Shown in pieces: positions 27,097-36,976 of a stretch of 64,000 nucleotides of DNA; the stretch's first letter is position 1, and the number at the start of each line of letters is the position of its first letter. Both the position numbers and the translations under genes were made by a program. The DNA comes from Candidatus Hydrogenedentota bacterium (lineage in GTDB: Bacteria; Hydrogenedentota; Hydrogenedentia; Hydrogenedentales; SLHB01): assembly GCA_045863295.1 (NCBI GenBank), contig BTWA01000003.1:96001-160000 (forward strand), read 5' to 3'. The notes below the pieces were generated by a model. That model searched no databases. It had not been told where the DNA came from and worked only from the letters and a program-made list of their open reading frames with translations.

Positions 27097-28365
27097 TTAC
27101 TTGGCGACGGGTTCGAGCACGTCGGAATCCGCTGGCACGATTGCCTCGCCACCGCCCACGACGACAACGCCGTTTGGCGTCACGTGATACCGTTTGCGAT
27201 CTTCGTCGAGGTCGTAGCCGATGACGGCATTTGCGGGGATTTCCACGTTCTTCTCGATGATGGCCCGTCGAATACGGGCGTGTCTTCCAACCGTTGCGCC
27301 GGGAAACAGGATGGATTCGCGCACGCTGGAATAGCTGTTGACGCGCACGTCGGGACCGAGCACGGACCGCTTCACGATGCCGCCGCTGATGATGCAGCCG
27401 GCGCTGACGATTGAGTCCACGGCCGCGCCGTACCGCACCCCCTCCTGGGCGAAGACAAACTTTGCTGGAGGCGAGGCCGGTATAAGCGTATGAATGGGCC
27501 AATTGCGATCATAGAGATTAAACATGGGATCGACCTGGACCAGATCCATGTTTGCTTCCCAGTATGAATCGAGCGTGCCGACGTCGCGCCAGTATTGGGC
27601 TTCCTTTCTGTTCTCATCCTGAAACATGTAGGCGAATACGCGATTCTTTCCAATCATGCCAGGGATGACGTCGCGGCCAAAATCGTGCGTGCTGCGGCGC
27701 TCGTGATCTTCCCGGCAGGCTTTCTTGAGCACCTCGGTACTGAATACGTAAATGCCCATGGAGGCGAGGGCACTGTCCGGACGGCCTGGCGCGGGCGTGG
27801 GGTGCGAAGGTTTTTCCTCGAAGCCGGTCACCTGACCCGTAAAGTCCACTTCCAACACGCCGAACCGGTGCGCGTCGCGCAGCGGCATTTGAATGGTGGC
27901 CACCGTGACGTCGGCCTTGTTTCGCCGGTGGTGTTCGACCATACGGGCGTAATCCATTTTATAAATGTGATCGCCCGCGAGTATGAGCACTTCGCGCGGC
28001 TGTACGGGGTCGATCGAGTAGAGATTCTGGTAAATGGCATCCGCGGTGCCTTGATACCAGTCATCGCCGACACGTTTTTGCGCGGAGATGACCTCAATAA
28101 ACTCACCCAACGCGGGGTGGAGCATGTTCCAGCCTTGCCGAATGTGGCGGCTCAGACTTAAATGTTTGTATTGAACAAGCACGAGAATGCGCCGGCATTG
28201 GGAATTGATGCAGTTGGACAGCGTGAAATCGATAAGCCTGTAGATGCCGCCAAAGGGGACGGCGGGTTTCGCCCGGTTGAGCGTGAGCGGATAAAGCCGT
28301 TCACCGACGCCGCCGGCCAACACCACGGCAAGGACATCTTTCATTGTGGCGTGGAGGCTAAGCAT
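27097..28365 (-). CDS. glgC: glucose-1-phosphate adenylyltransferase
   Basis: LAGGVGERLYPLT..RAKPAVPFGG, WYQGTADAIYQN, GDHIYKMDY, FEEKP, ASMGIY, DFG, YWRDVGT. GGAGGA RBS. Confidence 0.96.
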   Translation of the reverse strand: MLSLHATMKDVLAVVLAGGVGERLYPLTLNRAKPAVPFGGIYRLIDFTLSNCINSQCRRILVLVQYKHLSLSRHIRQGWNMLHPALGEFIEVISAQKRVGDDWYQGTADAIYQNLYSIDPVQPREVLILAGDHIYKMDYARMVEHHRRNKADVTVATIQMPLRDAHRFGVLEVDFTGQVTGFEEKPSHPTPAPGRPDSALASMGIYVFSTEVLKKACREDHERRSTHDFGRDVIPGMIGKNRVFAYMFQDENRKEAQYWRDVGTLDSYWEANMDLVQVDPMFNLYDRNWPIHTLIPASPPAKFVFAQEGVRYGAAVDSIVSAGCIISGGIVKRSVLGPDVRVNSYSSVRESILFPGATVGRHARIRRAIIEKNVEIPANAVIGYDLDEDRKRYHVTPNGVVVVGGGEAIVPADSDVLEPVAK

Positions 28366-28993
28366 GTAAGTCCTCCCAGCCGATAAAGGCGCGGCATGGA
28401 GCGCCATCCGCCCCCTCAAGGGGCAGAGGCAACACGGTGAACCAGCAGTCACCCGCCGGCACGCCCATGAGACGCAGCCCTTCCACTATCAATACGTTGT
28501 TCTGCAAGAGGATGTGATGCGTTGGCTGGCCGGGCTGTTTGTAGGGGGCGACGGACAACGCATCCACACCCACAAGGCGAACGCCCTCGTCCACCATACG
28601 CTGTGCGGCATCCGGATCCAACGCAACATAATCGGTCCGGAAAGGGTCTGAAGGAAACGAGGAATTATCTGTTTTGATTAGAATTCGGGGCGGCAGATTC
28701 GCCTTGCCCAAGTCTTCCGCGGTGACGATCACTTTTCCTGTGCAGTCGATGACTGCCGCTTCTCCGAAGAACAGGTTTTTCGGTACCTGGTCAAGACGCG
28801 CGCCGTCATTTTCAAAATGCCAGGGTGCATCCACGTGGGAACCACAGTGGGTGCTCAACGTGATGGCGGAAACGTTAGTTGACGCGCCATTGTCGATACG
28901 GGAACTGGGTGCGATAGAATACGGCACGTCGCCGGGCCATACGGTCATCCCTTCGCGAATTGGAATGCTGACATCGTGCCAAACGAGGCCCAT
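28358..28993 (-). CDS. cyclase family protein (kynurenine formamidase-like)
   Basis: THCGSHVDAPWHF (HxGTHxDxPxH-like), VGVDALS, H..LL, IVE, GADGAPCRA. Confidence 0.88.
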   Translation of the reverse strand: MGLVWHDVSIPIREGMTVWPGDVPYSIAPSSRIDNGASTNVSAITLSTHCGSHVDAPWHFENDGARLDQVPKNLFFGEAAVIDCTGKVIVTAEDLGKANLPPRILIKTDNSSFPSDPFRTDYVALDPDAAQRMVDEGVRLVGVDALSVAPYKQPGQPTHHILLQNNVLIVEGLRLMGVPAGDCWFTVLPLPLEGADGAPCRAFIGWEDLHA

Positions 28994-29224
28994 AGAAGGC
29001 CGCCCCCCTTTCGAATGCGGGCAAGTTGCGCCGAGGTTGCCATACCAGGGGTATCTTGCAGGAAACACGATCCGAGCGACGTGACCGAATAAGGGCCGCG
29101 CCTGTCAAATCCCATATAACCCAGATGAATTATGCCACACGATTGTGATTTTGTCAGTAGGAATTCACCGCAAATGACCATACGATTTATTGGTATGCCT
29201 GTTCGAGGAGTTCGCCCTGCGGCA

Positions 29225-29611
29225 TCAAGGACCGCTTTTCCGCTTTTCCAGGGCGTCGACAGACTTGGCTAAGAGCGCCACCTCCTGAGCCAATGTGCGG
29301 TTTCGTTCTGACAGGCGCGATATTACTACGGTAAAGCTCAGCACGATACCGAGTGTGAAGATGAAATACATTGCGAACAAGAGCGTCAGATACTGGAAGT
29401 GCAGCCAGTTGGACACCGCCACGATGATATTCGGAAAGACTCCAACCACAAGCCCTGCCCCAGACGTAACCAGCCACAACAAGGCGTAGCGTTCCTTGAG
29501 GTAGCCGCGCCTGACCAGTTCCAGTACCGCTGCCAGTAATGCCAGGCTCAACAGCAGCAAGCCGATTCGGTGTGCGGGATGGATACCCATGAGTTGGTAT
29601 TCAGGTGGCAT
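29225..29611 (-). CDS. DUF2304-family membrane protein
   Basis: Three TM segments, LKERYALLW, ISRL......LAQEVAL. Lies downstream of a DPM1-like GT2, the usual context. Confidence 0.8.
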   Translation of the reverse strand: MPPEYQLMGIHPAHRIGLLLLSLALLAAVLELVRRGYLKERYALLWLVTSGAGLVVGVFPNIIVAVSNWLHFQYLTLLFAMYFIFTLGIVLSFTVVISRLSERNRTLAQEVALLAKSVDALEKRKSGP

Positions 29612-30329
29612 CGGTATCTCCGGGTCGTGCCGTGTATTTCCGGAACACATCGATGAAGATGGCCAATCCGACTTTGACCATATAGTACACGGCCCGCAGA
29701 GGCGTAATGGACGTGCGGCCGCCTTGGCGCGGGTTCATATCCACCGGTACTTCGACAGCGCGCAGGCCGTGTTTGTGCAGAATAACCAGCGCCTCCGCCT
29801 CGGGGTAGTCGTCGGGATAATGGTGGGCGAAGACTTTTAGCGCCTTCCGGTTGGCGGCGCGGAACCCGCTTGTGGTGTCGGTGATGCCTCCACCGACTAC
29901 GGTATCTACCAGCCGGGACAGCATCGATTTGCCGATGCGCCGGAACACCGAAGGGGTGTATTCGGAATCGGCGACGAATCGCGAGCCAATCACCAGATCA
30001 CAGTCTCCCTGTTCCAGCCGCGACAGTAGTCGCGGAATCTGATGCGCTGGGTGTTGACCGTCGGCGTCGCATTGTATGGCGACGTCGAATCCCTCACGGA
30101 CGGCATATTTGAATCCGGTTTGCACCGCGCTGCCAATCCCCATGTTGAACGGCAGTCGAATCAAGTTGACGCCATCCATGCTCCGCACAATGGCCGCAGT
30201 CGCGTCCGCCGATCCGTCATCTATTACAAGGATAGCGCCATTGGGGACGTGCGCTTTCAGTGAAGCTACAACATCTGCAATGGTATCTGCTTCGTTGTAC
30301 GCGGGAATAATAATTAGAATCCGCATCAT
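29601..30329 (-). CDS. GT2 glycosyltransferase (DPM1-like, polyprenol-phosphate sugar synthase type)
   Basis: IIIPAYNE, IDDGSAD.T, CDADGQH, VIGSRF, DTTSGFRA, R.GG.TS. Confidence 0.9.
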   Translation of the reverse strand: MMRILIIIPAYNEADTIADVVASLKAHVPNGAILVIDDGSADATAAIVRSMDGVNLIRLPFNMGIGSAVQTGFKYAVREGFDVAIQCDADGQHPAHQIPRLLSRLEQGDCDLVIGSRFVADSEYTPSVFRRIGKSMLSRLVDTVVGGGITDTTSGFRAANRKALKVFAHHYPDDYPEAEALVILHKHGLRAVEVPVDMNPRQGGRTSITPLRAVYYMVKVGLAIFIDVFRKYTARPGDTDAT

Positions 30330-31393
30330 GATCGGCGTTCCCGAACAAACGTCCCATAGTAGGCCAGGCCGGCAATCAGGCCGAGTCCGCGCGCAACATC
30401 GCGGAAGAAGTATAGCGGCCACGCCCAAAAAGTACCGAGGTACTTATACTCGTTCTGGGCATTATGCATCATGACGTTTCTCTGCAATCGATATCGCACG
30501 CGAGAAAAAAAGATAGAAACCGGAAGCATCACCACGATACACGCAAGCACCGCGAGTTTGCCAAAGGCACCAATTGGAGATTCCAGATCGAACGCTCTCC
30601 CGGCTATCTCAACACTGACAGACACTATAACGAGCAAATAGAAGAATAGCTCTAAAATGGCCGCGGGCGGCGCCCACAATTCGGCCTTGCCCGCGTATTG
30701 ATCGCCGCTGCGCCGGTTCGGGTGATTCACGTAAATCTTCACCCGCCAGAAACCGTGCCGCGCCTGAGTGCGCAGGTAGTTCCACATTTTGTCGGGGTGA
30801 TGATGGGCCACACGAGCCTCTTTTATAAACCGCAAGATACCGCCGTTGTCCTGCAACCGGTAGGCGAGATCATTATCCTCGCCGGAAGCCTTTTTGAATG
30901 TTTCGTCGAAACCTCCGGCGAGATCATACGCGGACTTGAGATAGGCCACGTTGAATGAACCCAGGAAGTCGACCTCCGTTTCGAACAGAGCATGCCTATA
31001 CTCTATTTCGGCCTGTATCAGGCCCGCGAGCACGCTTTCCGGATTGGCAATGGTATAGGTGCCACCGACTCCGACGACGCCCTCGCCAAATCCGCTGACC
31101 AAATGCTCAATCCAATCAGTTTCCGGTATGCAGTCGCTGTCGGTAAACGCGATGATGTCGCTATCCGCGATTCTGGATCCGTGATTGCGCGCGGCAGCCG
31201 GCCCTCCATTTTCCTGATAGATGTACGTTACCGGAAAGCTCTTGGATACGTCTGCTGTATCGTCGGTGGATCCGTCGTCAACGACGATGACATCGTCGAT
31301 GGGATAGGACTGGTTCAAACAAGCGTCGATACACGCCGCTATCGTACTTCCGGCATTATATGCGGGGATTATAATCGCTACGGTTGGCTGCAC
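30326..31393 (-). CDS. GT2 glycosyltransferase with C-terminal TM helices
   Basis: IIIPAYNA, VVDDGSTD, GPAAARN, FTDSDC, GGFDE, ED.DL. Confidence 0.9.
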   Translation of the reverse strand: MQPTVAIIIPAYNAGSTIAACIDACLNQSYPIDDVIVVDDGSTDDTADVSKSFPVTYIYQENGGPAAARNHGSRIADSDIIAFTDSDCIPETDWIEHLVSGFGEGVVGVGGTYTIANPESVLAGLIQAEIEYRHALFETEVDFLGSFNVAYLKSAYDLAGGFDETFKKASGEDNDLAYRLQDNGGILRFIKEARVAHHHPDKMWNYLRTQARHGFWRVKIYVNHPNRRSGDQYAGKAELWAPPAAILELFFYLLVIVSVSVEIAGRAFDLESPIGAFGKLAVLACIVVMLPVSIFFSRVRYRLQRNVMMHNAQNEYKYLGTFWAWPLYFFRDVARGLGLIAGLAYYGTFVRERRS

Positions 31394-31401
31394 GCCTTCC
31401 C

Positions 31402-32913
31402 CTACTTTGCGTTTGCGTCGTCAACGCGCTGGCTCCAGAATGCTTCGGCCTTGTTGTGATACGCGATTACCTCGGCAAGTTTTTCCGGATCGTCGTGCTT
31501 TACTCTTTCCCGGCGCTCGCGAGTCCAATCGAGAAAGAATTGCGCGGATTCGCGGCTGACACGACGGGGATTCTCGCCGATCTCCACATAAAAGGGTGCC
31601 GAGGAGGCGAAACGAAATGTATGTTGAACATCCGCGATAACCCGCACAAGAAACCAACCGCTGTCTTCAAATGCGACAGACGCCAAAAATCCATCAGCGG
31701 CGACATCCTCCCTCGCGACGGTATGGGTTACTCGCCCGTTTTTTACAATTTCTATCGTGGTGTACGGGTCTCGCGCGATAATTTCCGCGGACACATCCAC
31801 ACTCAGGGGGGAGGCGGACTTAAACACATGTCCCGGCAATTCGCCGCTGGCGGCTGCCAACAGCAAGGGTCCGTTCGTGACGAAACTTCTCCCGGCAAGC
31901 AGCCCCTTCCACCACTTCTCATAAGTCAACTCGCCATCCAATTGCACATAAACGCGGTTGTATCCCACGGGATTGGGCAGCACACCGGACGCACTTCCGG
32001 CGGAGGGCGGTACGCGCAATCCGGTGTTGAGCAGGTGGTAGTAGATTTCCTGCGTCCATGTGCCGTTGCCTCGAGGCGCTGGCAGGCGAACGGCATCGCG
32101 CGGTTTACCCCACGCTTCGCTTTCGTACATGCCGCCGCGGCACATATGGTTATTTGCAAGCCCTATGGAATCGCCGTGGCCCATGGCCAGCGCGGTCGGC
32201 ACATCCCACCAGAATGGCTTTTCGATATCGATGTAAGTCTCCCGCTCATCGGCCACGCGTTCGAGAAAGGACATAGGTGAGGGCCATTCCCGGTCGGCTT
32301 TGGAAATCTCAAGAGGTTCTGTCCGGTTGAAGTAGAGAAAGGCGCCGCCTTCCCGCTCGTCTTCACCTCCCATTATGTGGTAGTAGCGATTGCCGGCGAG
32401 CTTCCGGAGTAGGGGTTCTTGAGGCGCGGTATCGCCCCACAGATTTTTTGCATTCCACCAGGTAATGAATGGGGCTATGTACAGGTCTTCTGATTGCATT
32501 AGCAATTCGGCATGTTCGATGGGCCTGTGAACGTGGAGATCGCCGCACCACCACCCGCGAGAGGCCATGTTCGCCATCCGGTTCAGCGAAGCGACCACAT
32601 CCTGTTTGCCTCCTCCGGCGAGTTCAAACGTGCCGGACACGGCACGATACTCCGGTCCCCGGTCTATTTCGTACGAATACGATCCGGGCGGCACATCGAG
32701 CGCGGCGGTGCCGTCGCACGAAAAATGATCGTGCCACCAAGGATAGCTTTCTACTTTGACCGGCTTGTGCTCCGCATCCCAGAGGTGAATGCGACACGGG
32801 ATGGCTTGGTCATTTTCCGTGACCCGAAAAGTTACTATTTCCGCAAAGAGACACGCGGGCCCGGCCATTAGCGCTGCCGCCATGCAAAGAGCGATTCTTT
32901 CCATCATTGACAT
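31402..32913 (-). CDS. secreted CehA/McbA-type (PHP-fold) metallohydrolase
   Basis: Signal peptide. RGPEY, GWWCGDLHVH, YYHLLNTG.R.PPSAGS, NRVYV, SFVTNGPLL. Confidence 0.78.
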   Translation of the reverse strand: MSMMERIALCMAAALMAGPACLFAEIVTFRVTENDQAIPCRIHLWDAEHKPVKVESYPWWHDHFSCDGTAALDVPPGSYSYEIDRGPEYRAVSGTFELAGGGKQDVVASLNRMANMASRGWWCGDLHVHRPIEHAELLMQSEDLYIAPFITWWNAKNLWGDTAPQEPLLRKLAGNRYYHIMGGEDEREGGAFLYFNRTEPLEISKADREWPSPMSFLERVADERETYIDIEKPFWWDVPTALAMGHGDSIGLANNHMCRGGMYESEAWGKPRDAVRLPAPRGNGTWTQEIYYHLLNTGLRVPPSAGSASGVLPNPVGYNRVYVQLDGELTYEKWWKGLLAGRSFVTNGPLLLAAASGELPGHVFKSASPLSVDVSAEIIARDPYTTIEIVKNGRVTHTVAREDVAADGFLASVAFEDSGWFLVRVIADVQHTFRFASSAPFYVEIGENPRRVSRESAQFFLDWTRERRERVKHDDPEKLAEVIAYHNKAEAFWSQRVDDANAK

Positions 32914-32999
32914 ACCCCTCGCACCGCTACCCTGGACATTCCCATAACAATATCATACGCCGTTTAACCGAGCCGTGCTAAACCGATGGCCGAAGTATA

Positions 33000-33494
33000 C
33001 TAACGCGAACGCGCAAGGTTCATGGCCACTTGTGCCACCGCGGACTGTATGGAGCGCACCAGGGGAACAGTGGCCGGCTCGTAGTCTGTTTTAGCCGGAA
33101 GGGGGTTGGCGAGCGCTTCCGCCAAATCATCCATGTGTACAATCATTCGGCCCCAGCCACGCCGCGCCACGGCTTGCGCCAAATCCAACTGATGATCGTC
33201 CATATGCTCATTGTGTTTTTTCAGGCGCGGCACCACAATAAGGGGACGCGAGGCCTGCATGGCCTCAATGACACATCCGATGCCCGCATGAGCGACAATG
33301 ACCCGGGCTTCCCGCTGCAGCGCTACAATTTCTTGTCTGGGTTTGAACCGGAAATGTTCGCAGTGAACGGGCACGGTTTCCCCCATGCCGATCTGGCAAA
33401 TGATTCGTTCGCCCGTGGATTGGGCGATGTCGTCCATCTTGCGAATGAGCCGCGCGAAATCGAGAAACATGGTGCCGACGGTGACATAGATCAT
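33000..33494 (-). CDS. PssE/Cps14G (Alg13-like, GT28 C-terminal) glycosyltransferase subunit
   Basis: MIYVTVGT..F.RL, QIG, HAGIG, IVVPR, EHMDDHQ. ATGA overlap with the partner gene. Confidence 0.88.
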   Translation of the reverse strand: MIYVTVGTMFLDFARLIRKMDDIAQSTGERIICQIGMGETVPVHCEHFRFKPRQEIVALQREARVIVAHAGIGCVIEAMQASRPLIVVPRLKKHNEHMDDHQLDLAQAVARRGWGRMIVHMDDLAEALANPLPAKTDYEPATVPLVRSIQSAVAQVAMNLARSR

Positions 33495-33982
33495 GGATTT
33501 GATCCCCGCCATTCGTCCACCAGACTGCCTTTGAATAACGCTTTGGGCCCGTACACGGGCTGCAATTCCGGCCATTGCACGTAGAACCAGTCGGCCAGGT
33601 GATACATAATGCGGCCGGTAAACGAGGGTCTTGTCACTTGGGCGCCGCATTCGACGTAGATAACCGGCGTGCGAAAGAACAGTTTTCCAATCACGACGGC
33701 GGGAATAGCAATTTCCGCACCGGTTGAGACAATCAAATTGGGCTTTTCCTTACGAAATATTCGCCACACGCGCACGAGGTTTTTCGCCATTTCGATGGGA
33801 TTGCGCGCCATGTTTGGAATCCGGTAGGCGGGATCCAAATGGCGGGTTGTGTCTGCGTCGTAACAGAAGTAAAACGTCCGATGCCCGTCGAAGGCCCCGA
33901 GCAATTGCAGCATTTCGGTGAGATGGCCGCCATGCGAGCATACAAGACAAATGGAAAGACGAGGCAGCGCCGAGTCCGTCAT
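33491..33982 (-). CDS. PssD/Cps14F (Alg14-like) glycosyltransferase subunit
   Basis: CLVCSHGGHL.EM, EKP.LIVSTGA.IA.P, IYVE, PSFTG, FYVQW. Confidence 0.9.
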   Translation of the reverse strand: MTDSALPRLSICLVCSHGGHLTEMLQLLGAFDGHRTFYFCYDADTTRHLDPAYRIPNMARNPIEMAKNLVRVWRIFRKEKPNLIVSTGAEIAIPAVVIGKLFFRTPVIYVECGAQVTRPSFTGRIMYHLADWFYVQWPELQPVYGPKALFKGSLVDEWRGSNP

Positions 33983-34968
33983 GGCGTCGCGCCGTCCCCG
34001 CGAAAGGGTTGCGGATTGGGGGTTGGCCGCGCATTACCGGGGATAGGGGTAAGCAATCCTTTTAAAATGCCCCACGAGTAGGGCCATATAATAATCCATC
34101 GGGCAATCCACCGGGGAGCGGCCTTGGAAATACTGTTGAACTGAACCGTCAAGTAGGCGAACGTGGCGATCAGGGGCAATGCAGCGGTCGCGAGTCCTAT
34201 CAACGGATTCAAAAATGCGAGAGCGATACCGGAAAGAAAGGTGGCCGCAAGAATAGGAATGACGAGGGTATACCACCACAAGCCTTCATACCACCCGGCC
34301 GCGCGCAACATGACGACGATATCTTTCCCCATCATCACGGCTTTGCGCCAGAGTCCCTTTAACCGTGTTTCGTAGTGGTGGTGCACCGCGGCATCCGCTT
34401 CAAACCAGATTTTCCACCCGGCCTTTCTCAGTGCCATGGACACATAGACATCTTCGGCTGCGCTGTGACCCGGCAGGCGGAGCCACCCCCCCACCTCGGC
34501 CAGTGCTGCCATTCGAAATGCGCTGTTACCCCCTATGACGCCGTCGGTCTCGCCCGTATCCCGGGTCTCCACAAGAAACCACATGTGATGGAGCCACGCC
34601 GCAAGATTGCGGGGCCCGATCGGAGGGTGGCGGCCGGTAACTGCCGCGACGTCCGCCCGGGAGTCCAGGACCTGTTTCATTCGTTCGACCCATACTGGCG
34701 CGAGCACGCAGTCGGCGTCGGTGAACGCGAGGTATTCGGTGCGGCATTCCGCGAGAACCGCATTGCGCGCTTCGTACAACCCGGTGGCGTCGCTTGCGAT
34801 TACCCGTGCACCGAAGGAACTTGCCACGGCAGCGGTTGGGTCGCTCAGGTTGTCGACCGCGACAATGATTGCCTCGGGCGGGACCGTTTGCTCGGCGATG
34901 CTACGCAGGCAATTACCGATGATGCTTTCGGCGTTGCGCGCACAAATGGCCAGGGTCAAGGAAGGCAT
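33979..34968 (-). CDS. GT2 glycosyltransferase with C-terminal TM helices
   Basis: GLYEARN, AFTDADC, VGGW, AED. AAAGGA RBS before MPSLT. Confidence 0.85.
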   Translation of the reverse strand: MPSLTLAICARNAESIIGNCLRSIAEQTVPPEAIIVAVDNLSDPTAAVASSFGARVIASDATGLYEARNAVLAECRTEYLAFTDADCVLAPVWVERMKQVLDSRADVAAVTGRHPPIGPRNLAAWLHHMWFLVETRDTGETDGVIGGNSAFRMAALAEVGGWLRLPGHSAAEDVYVSMALRKAGWKIWFEADAAVHHHYETRLKGLWRKAVMMGKDIVVMLRAAGWYEGLWWYTLVIPILAATFLSGIALAFLNPLIGLATAALPLIATFAYLTVQFNSISKAAPRWIARWIIIWPYSWGILKGLLTPIPGNARPTPNPQPFRGDGATP

Positions 34969-35111
34969 GCGATTCCTTTCAGGACATAGTTCCCACACGA
35001 CTGCGCATTGAGCGTAGCATACGGCGTGGCAACGGGTGCGGCAACCGGCCTTGACTGGCTGAGCGCAAATTGTCTACTTTGGCCGCCTTGGGTCTGTTCT
35101 GTGCACTGTGG

Positions 35112-35183
35112 GCCCCGGTAGTTCAATGGATAGAACGAGTCCCTCCTAAGGACTAAATCTGGGTTCGATTCCCGGCCGGGGCA
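35112..35183 (+). tRNA. tRNA-Arg (anticodon CCT), CCA not encoded
   Basis: Acceptor GCCCCGG/CCGGGGC, D arm GTTC..GAAC, anticodon arm AGTCC-CTCCTAA-GGACT, T loop TTCGATT. Confidence 0.95.
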
Positions 35184-35249
35184 TATAGCATAAGTTATTT
35201 TAACTAAATAGCTTGCCTCGAAAGTGCCTGAGTTTTTCGCAATCGATTC

Positions 35250-35278
35250 TTGACAGAAAAACTCGAAAAAGCCATAAT
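35250..35278 (+). promoter_or_regulatory. putative sigma-70 promoter
   Basis: TTGACA (35250-35255), 17-nt spacer, CATAAT (35273-35278), upstream of the 35403 ORF. Confidence 0.6.
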
Positions 35279-35402
35279 CTAATGTAGAGAAATAGGACTG
35301 CGAACTGATTGCCCAGCGCGAAAGGGCGCTGTGTGTCGTGAGTGCATTGTCTTGGTCACCATGCGTGGCAAGGTATGTACGCGCGGTATGGGAAGTGGTG
35401 TC

Positions 35403-35981
35403 ATGGGCGTTCGAATCGGCGATAGCGCACAACGCTTGGAAGCGTTTCGATTCGCGTCGTTCAATACGGCGGGAGCGGCCGCACCGCGCGCTTCGGAAGC
35501 AGCCATTCCAACGGTTGGGTTTGGTTCCAGGTCCAACGAATCCGGTGCGGCGTCCACGCTTTTTCCTGAGGAGCGCCCGGAACCGCAGCGCGTTGGATTT
35601 GGCACGGGAACCGTGTCAGCGCCGGCAGCGGCATTGCGCACGCTGGATCGGAATCTTGCGGAAGCGGAGAAAATCGTCCCCACCTTTGAAGAACTTCAGC
35701 AGGAAGTCCGGGACCGGATTACTCGCGAGCAGGAACGTTTGGCGCGGGAAAATCCGCCCACGAGTTCTCCGGCAACGTTTGACTTGCGCGAGGCCACGAC
35801 CAGAGCTTCGGATACAGCGCGCGGATTTGTAAACGGTTTGAACGATGCGGCCGGCACTGCGCGGGCGCGATTGCAAGGCGAGACACCGCCGGAAACCAAT
35901 CGCATCGATGTACGCGTGGGCAGCGAGCAGGTTGCGCTGACGCGATCGACACAAACCCCCGCTTTTGAATTTTTTGCCTGA
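35403..35981 (+). CDS. hypothetical protein
   Basis: Only long plus-strand ORF behind the promoter. Low-complexity sequence with a coiled-coil-like centre and no recognised motif. Start uncertain. Confidence 0.55.
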   Translation: MGVRIGDSAQRLEAFRFASFNTAGAAAPRASEAAIPTVGFGSRSNESGAASTLFPEERPEPQRVGFGTGTVSAPAAALRTLDRNLAEAEKIVPTFEELQQEVRDRITREQERLARENPPTSSPATFDLREATTRASDTARGFVNGLNDAAGTARARLQGETPPETNRIDVRVGSEQVALTRSTQTPAFEFFA

Positions 35982-36080
35982 CATCCCCTTTTCGTTTCAC
36001 TTCTTCGATTGCAGTACACTTGTGGAATGTCCCACGTGTGAATTCTATTCTGCTAGACTCCAAGAATCGAGGGATACCGG

Positions 36081-36497
36081 GTGGTCGTTTTGAAGACTTC
36101 GATGCGCTATCTGATGGCCGTGTTGTTCGTTGCGGCAGGCGCAAATCATTTCATCAATCCCGATTTCTATATCCAGATCATGCCGACGTACCTGCCGTTC
36201 CCTCGCGCACTGGTATTGTTGAGCGGCCTCACAGAGATTGCGGGCGGCGTTATGCTGTGCTTTCGCAAGACGGCTGTGGTTGGAGCATGGAGCATAGTGG
36301 CGATGTTGGTTGTGTTTTTTCTGGTGCACATCGACATGATCATTCACGCGGATCGGTATCCGAGCATGCCCATGTGGGGCCTTGTACTGCGGTTGTTGTT
36401 GCAGTTTCTTTTGATTGCGTGGGCATGTTGGTTTACCCGGCCCGTATCCAATGCCGCTGCGACAATTTTCGATCGGCAAGCAAAGCAGGAGCAGTAA
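36081..36497 (+). CDS. DoxX-like membrane protein
   Basis: LF..AG.NHF..P.FY..IMP.YLP, SG..EI.GG, LRL.LQ. Confidence 0.8.
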   Translation: MVVLKTSMRYLMAVLFVAAGANHFINPDFYIQIMPTYLPFPRALVLLSGLTEIAGGVMLCFRKTAVVGAWSIVAMLVVFFLVHIDMIIHADRYPSMPMWGLVLRLLLQFLLIAWACWFTRPVSNAAATIFDRQAKQEQ

Positions 36498-36502
36498 GAG
36501 AC

Positions 36503-36886
36503 ATGAGTCGAAATGGGTTTCTGGCGGTGTCGGGGGTATTGGGCGCACTGGCGGTCGGTCTGGGGGCGTTTGGGGCGCACGGACTCAAGGATCGCTTGTC
36601 CACGGAAATGCTGGCCGTTTGGCACACGGCCGTGCAGTATCATTTTTACCATGCAATTGCGATGCTGGCCGTGGCTGCGGGCGTGGCTGGATTGTGGAAA
36701 CAACCCTTGACCGGTTGGGCGTGCTGGGCGTGGACCTTGGGCATCGTCGTTTTCTCCGGCAGTCTGTATGCCCTTGCGCTGACTGGAATCAAGATACTAG
36801 GCGCGATTACCCCGTTTGGCGGCGTGGCCTTTATTGCGGGATGGGTATTGATTGCCATTGCCGGCTGGAAAGCTTCTCTGGAGTAG
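36503..36886 (+). CDS. DUF423 (YgdD/TMEM256) membrane protein
   Basis: GAFGAHGL, TAVQYHFYHA, FSGSLY.L, GAITPFGG..FI.GW. Confidence 0.92.
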   Translation: MSRNGFLAVSGVLGALAVGLGAFGAHGLKDRLSTEMLAVWHTAVQYHFYHAIAMLAVAAGVAGLWKQPLTGWACWAWTLGIVVFSGSLYALALTGIKILGAITPFGGVAFIAGWVLIAIAGWKASLE

Positions 36887-36976
36887 AGTCGACAGCGGGC
36901 TGTGGTATAGTGGTGTGTAGAATGTTATTCGGTCGAGCGTAAGTGGATTGAACCCGGTTTTACGCAAGGAGGCGTT

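Noticed and set aside
36020..36502. N-terminal extension of the 288-aa DUF423 ORF
   Set aside because: It overlaps the DoxX-like gene in another frame; the DUF423 homology starts at ATG 36503.
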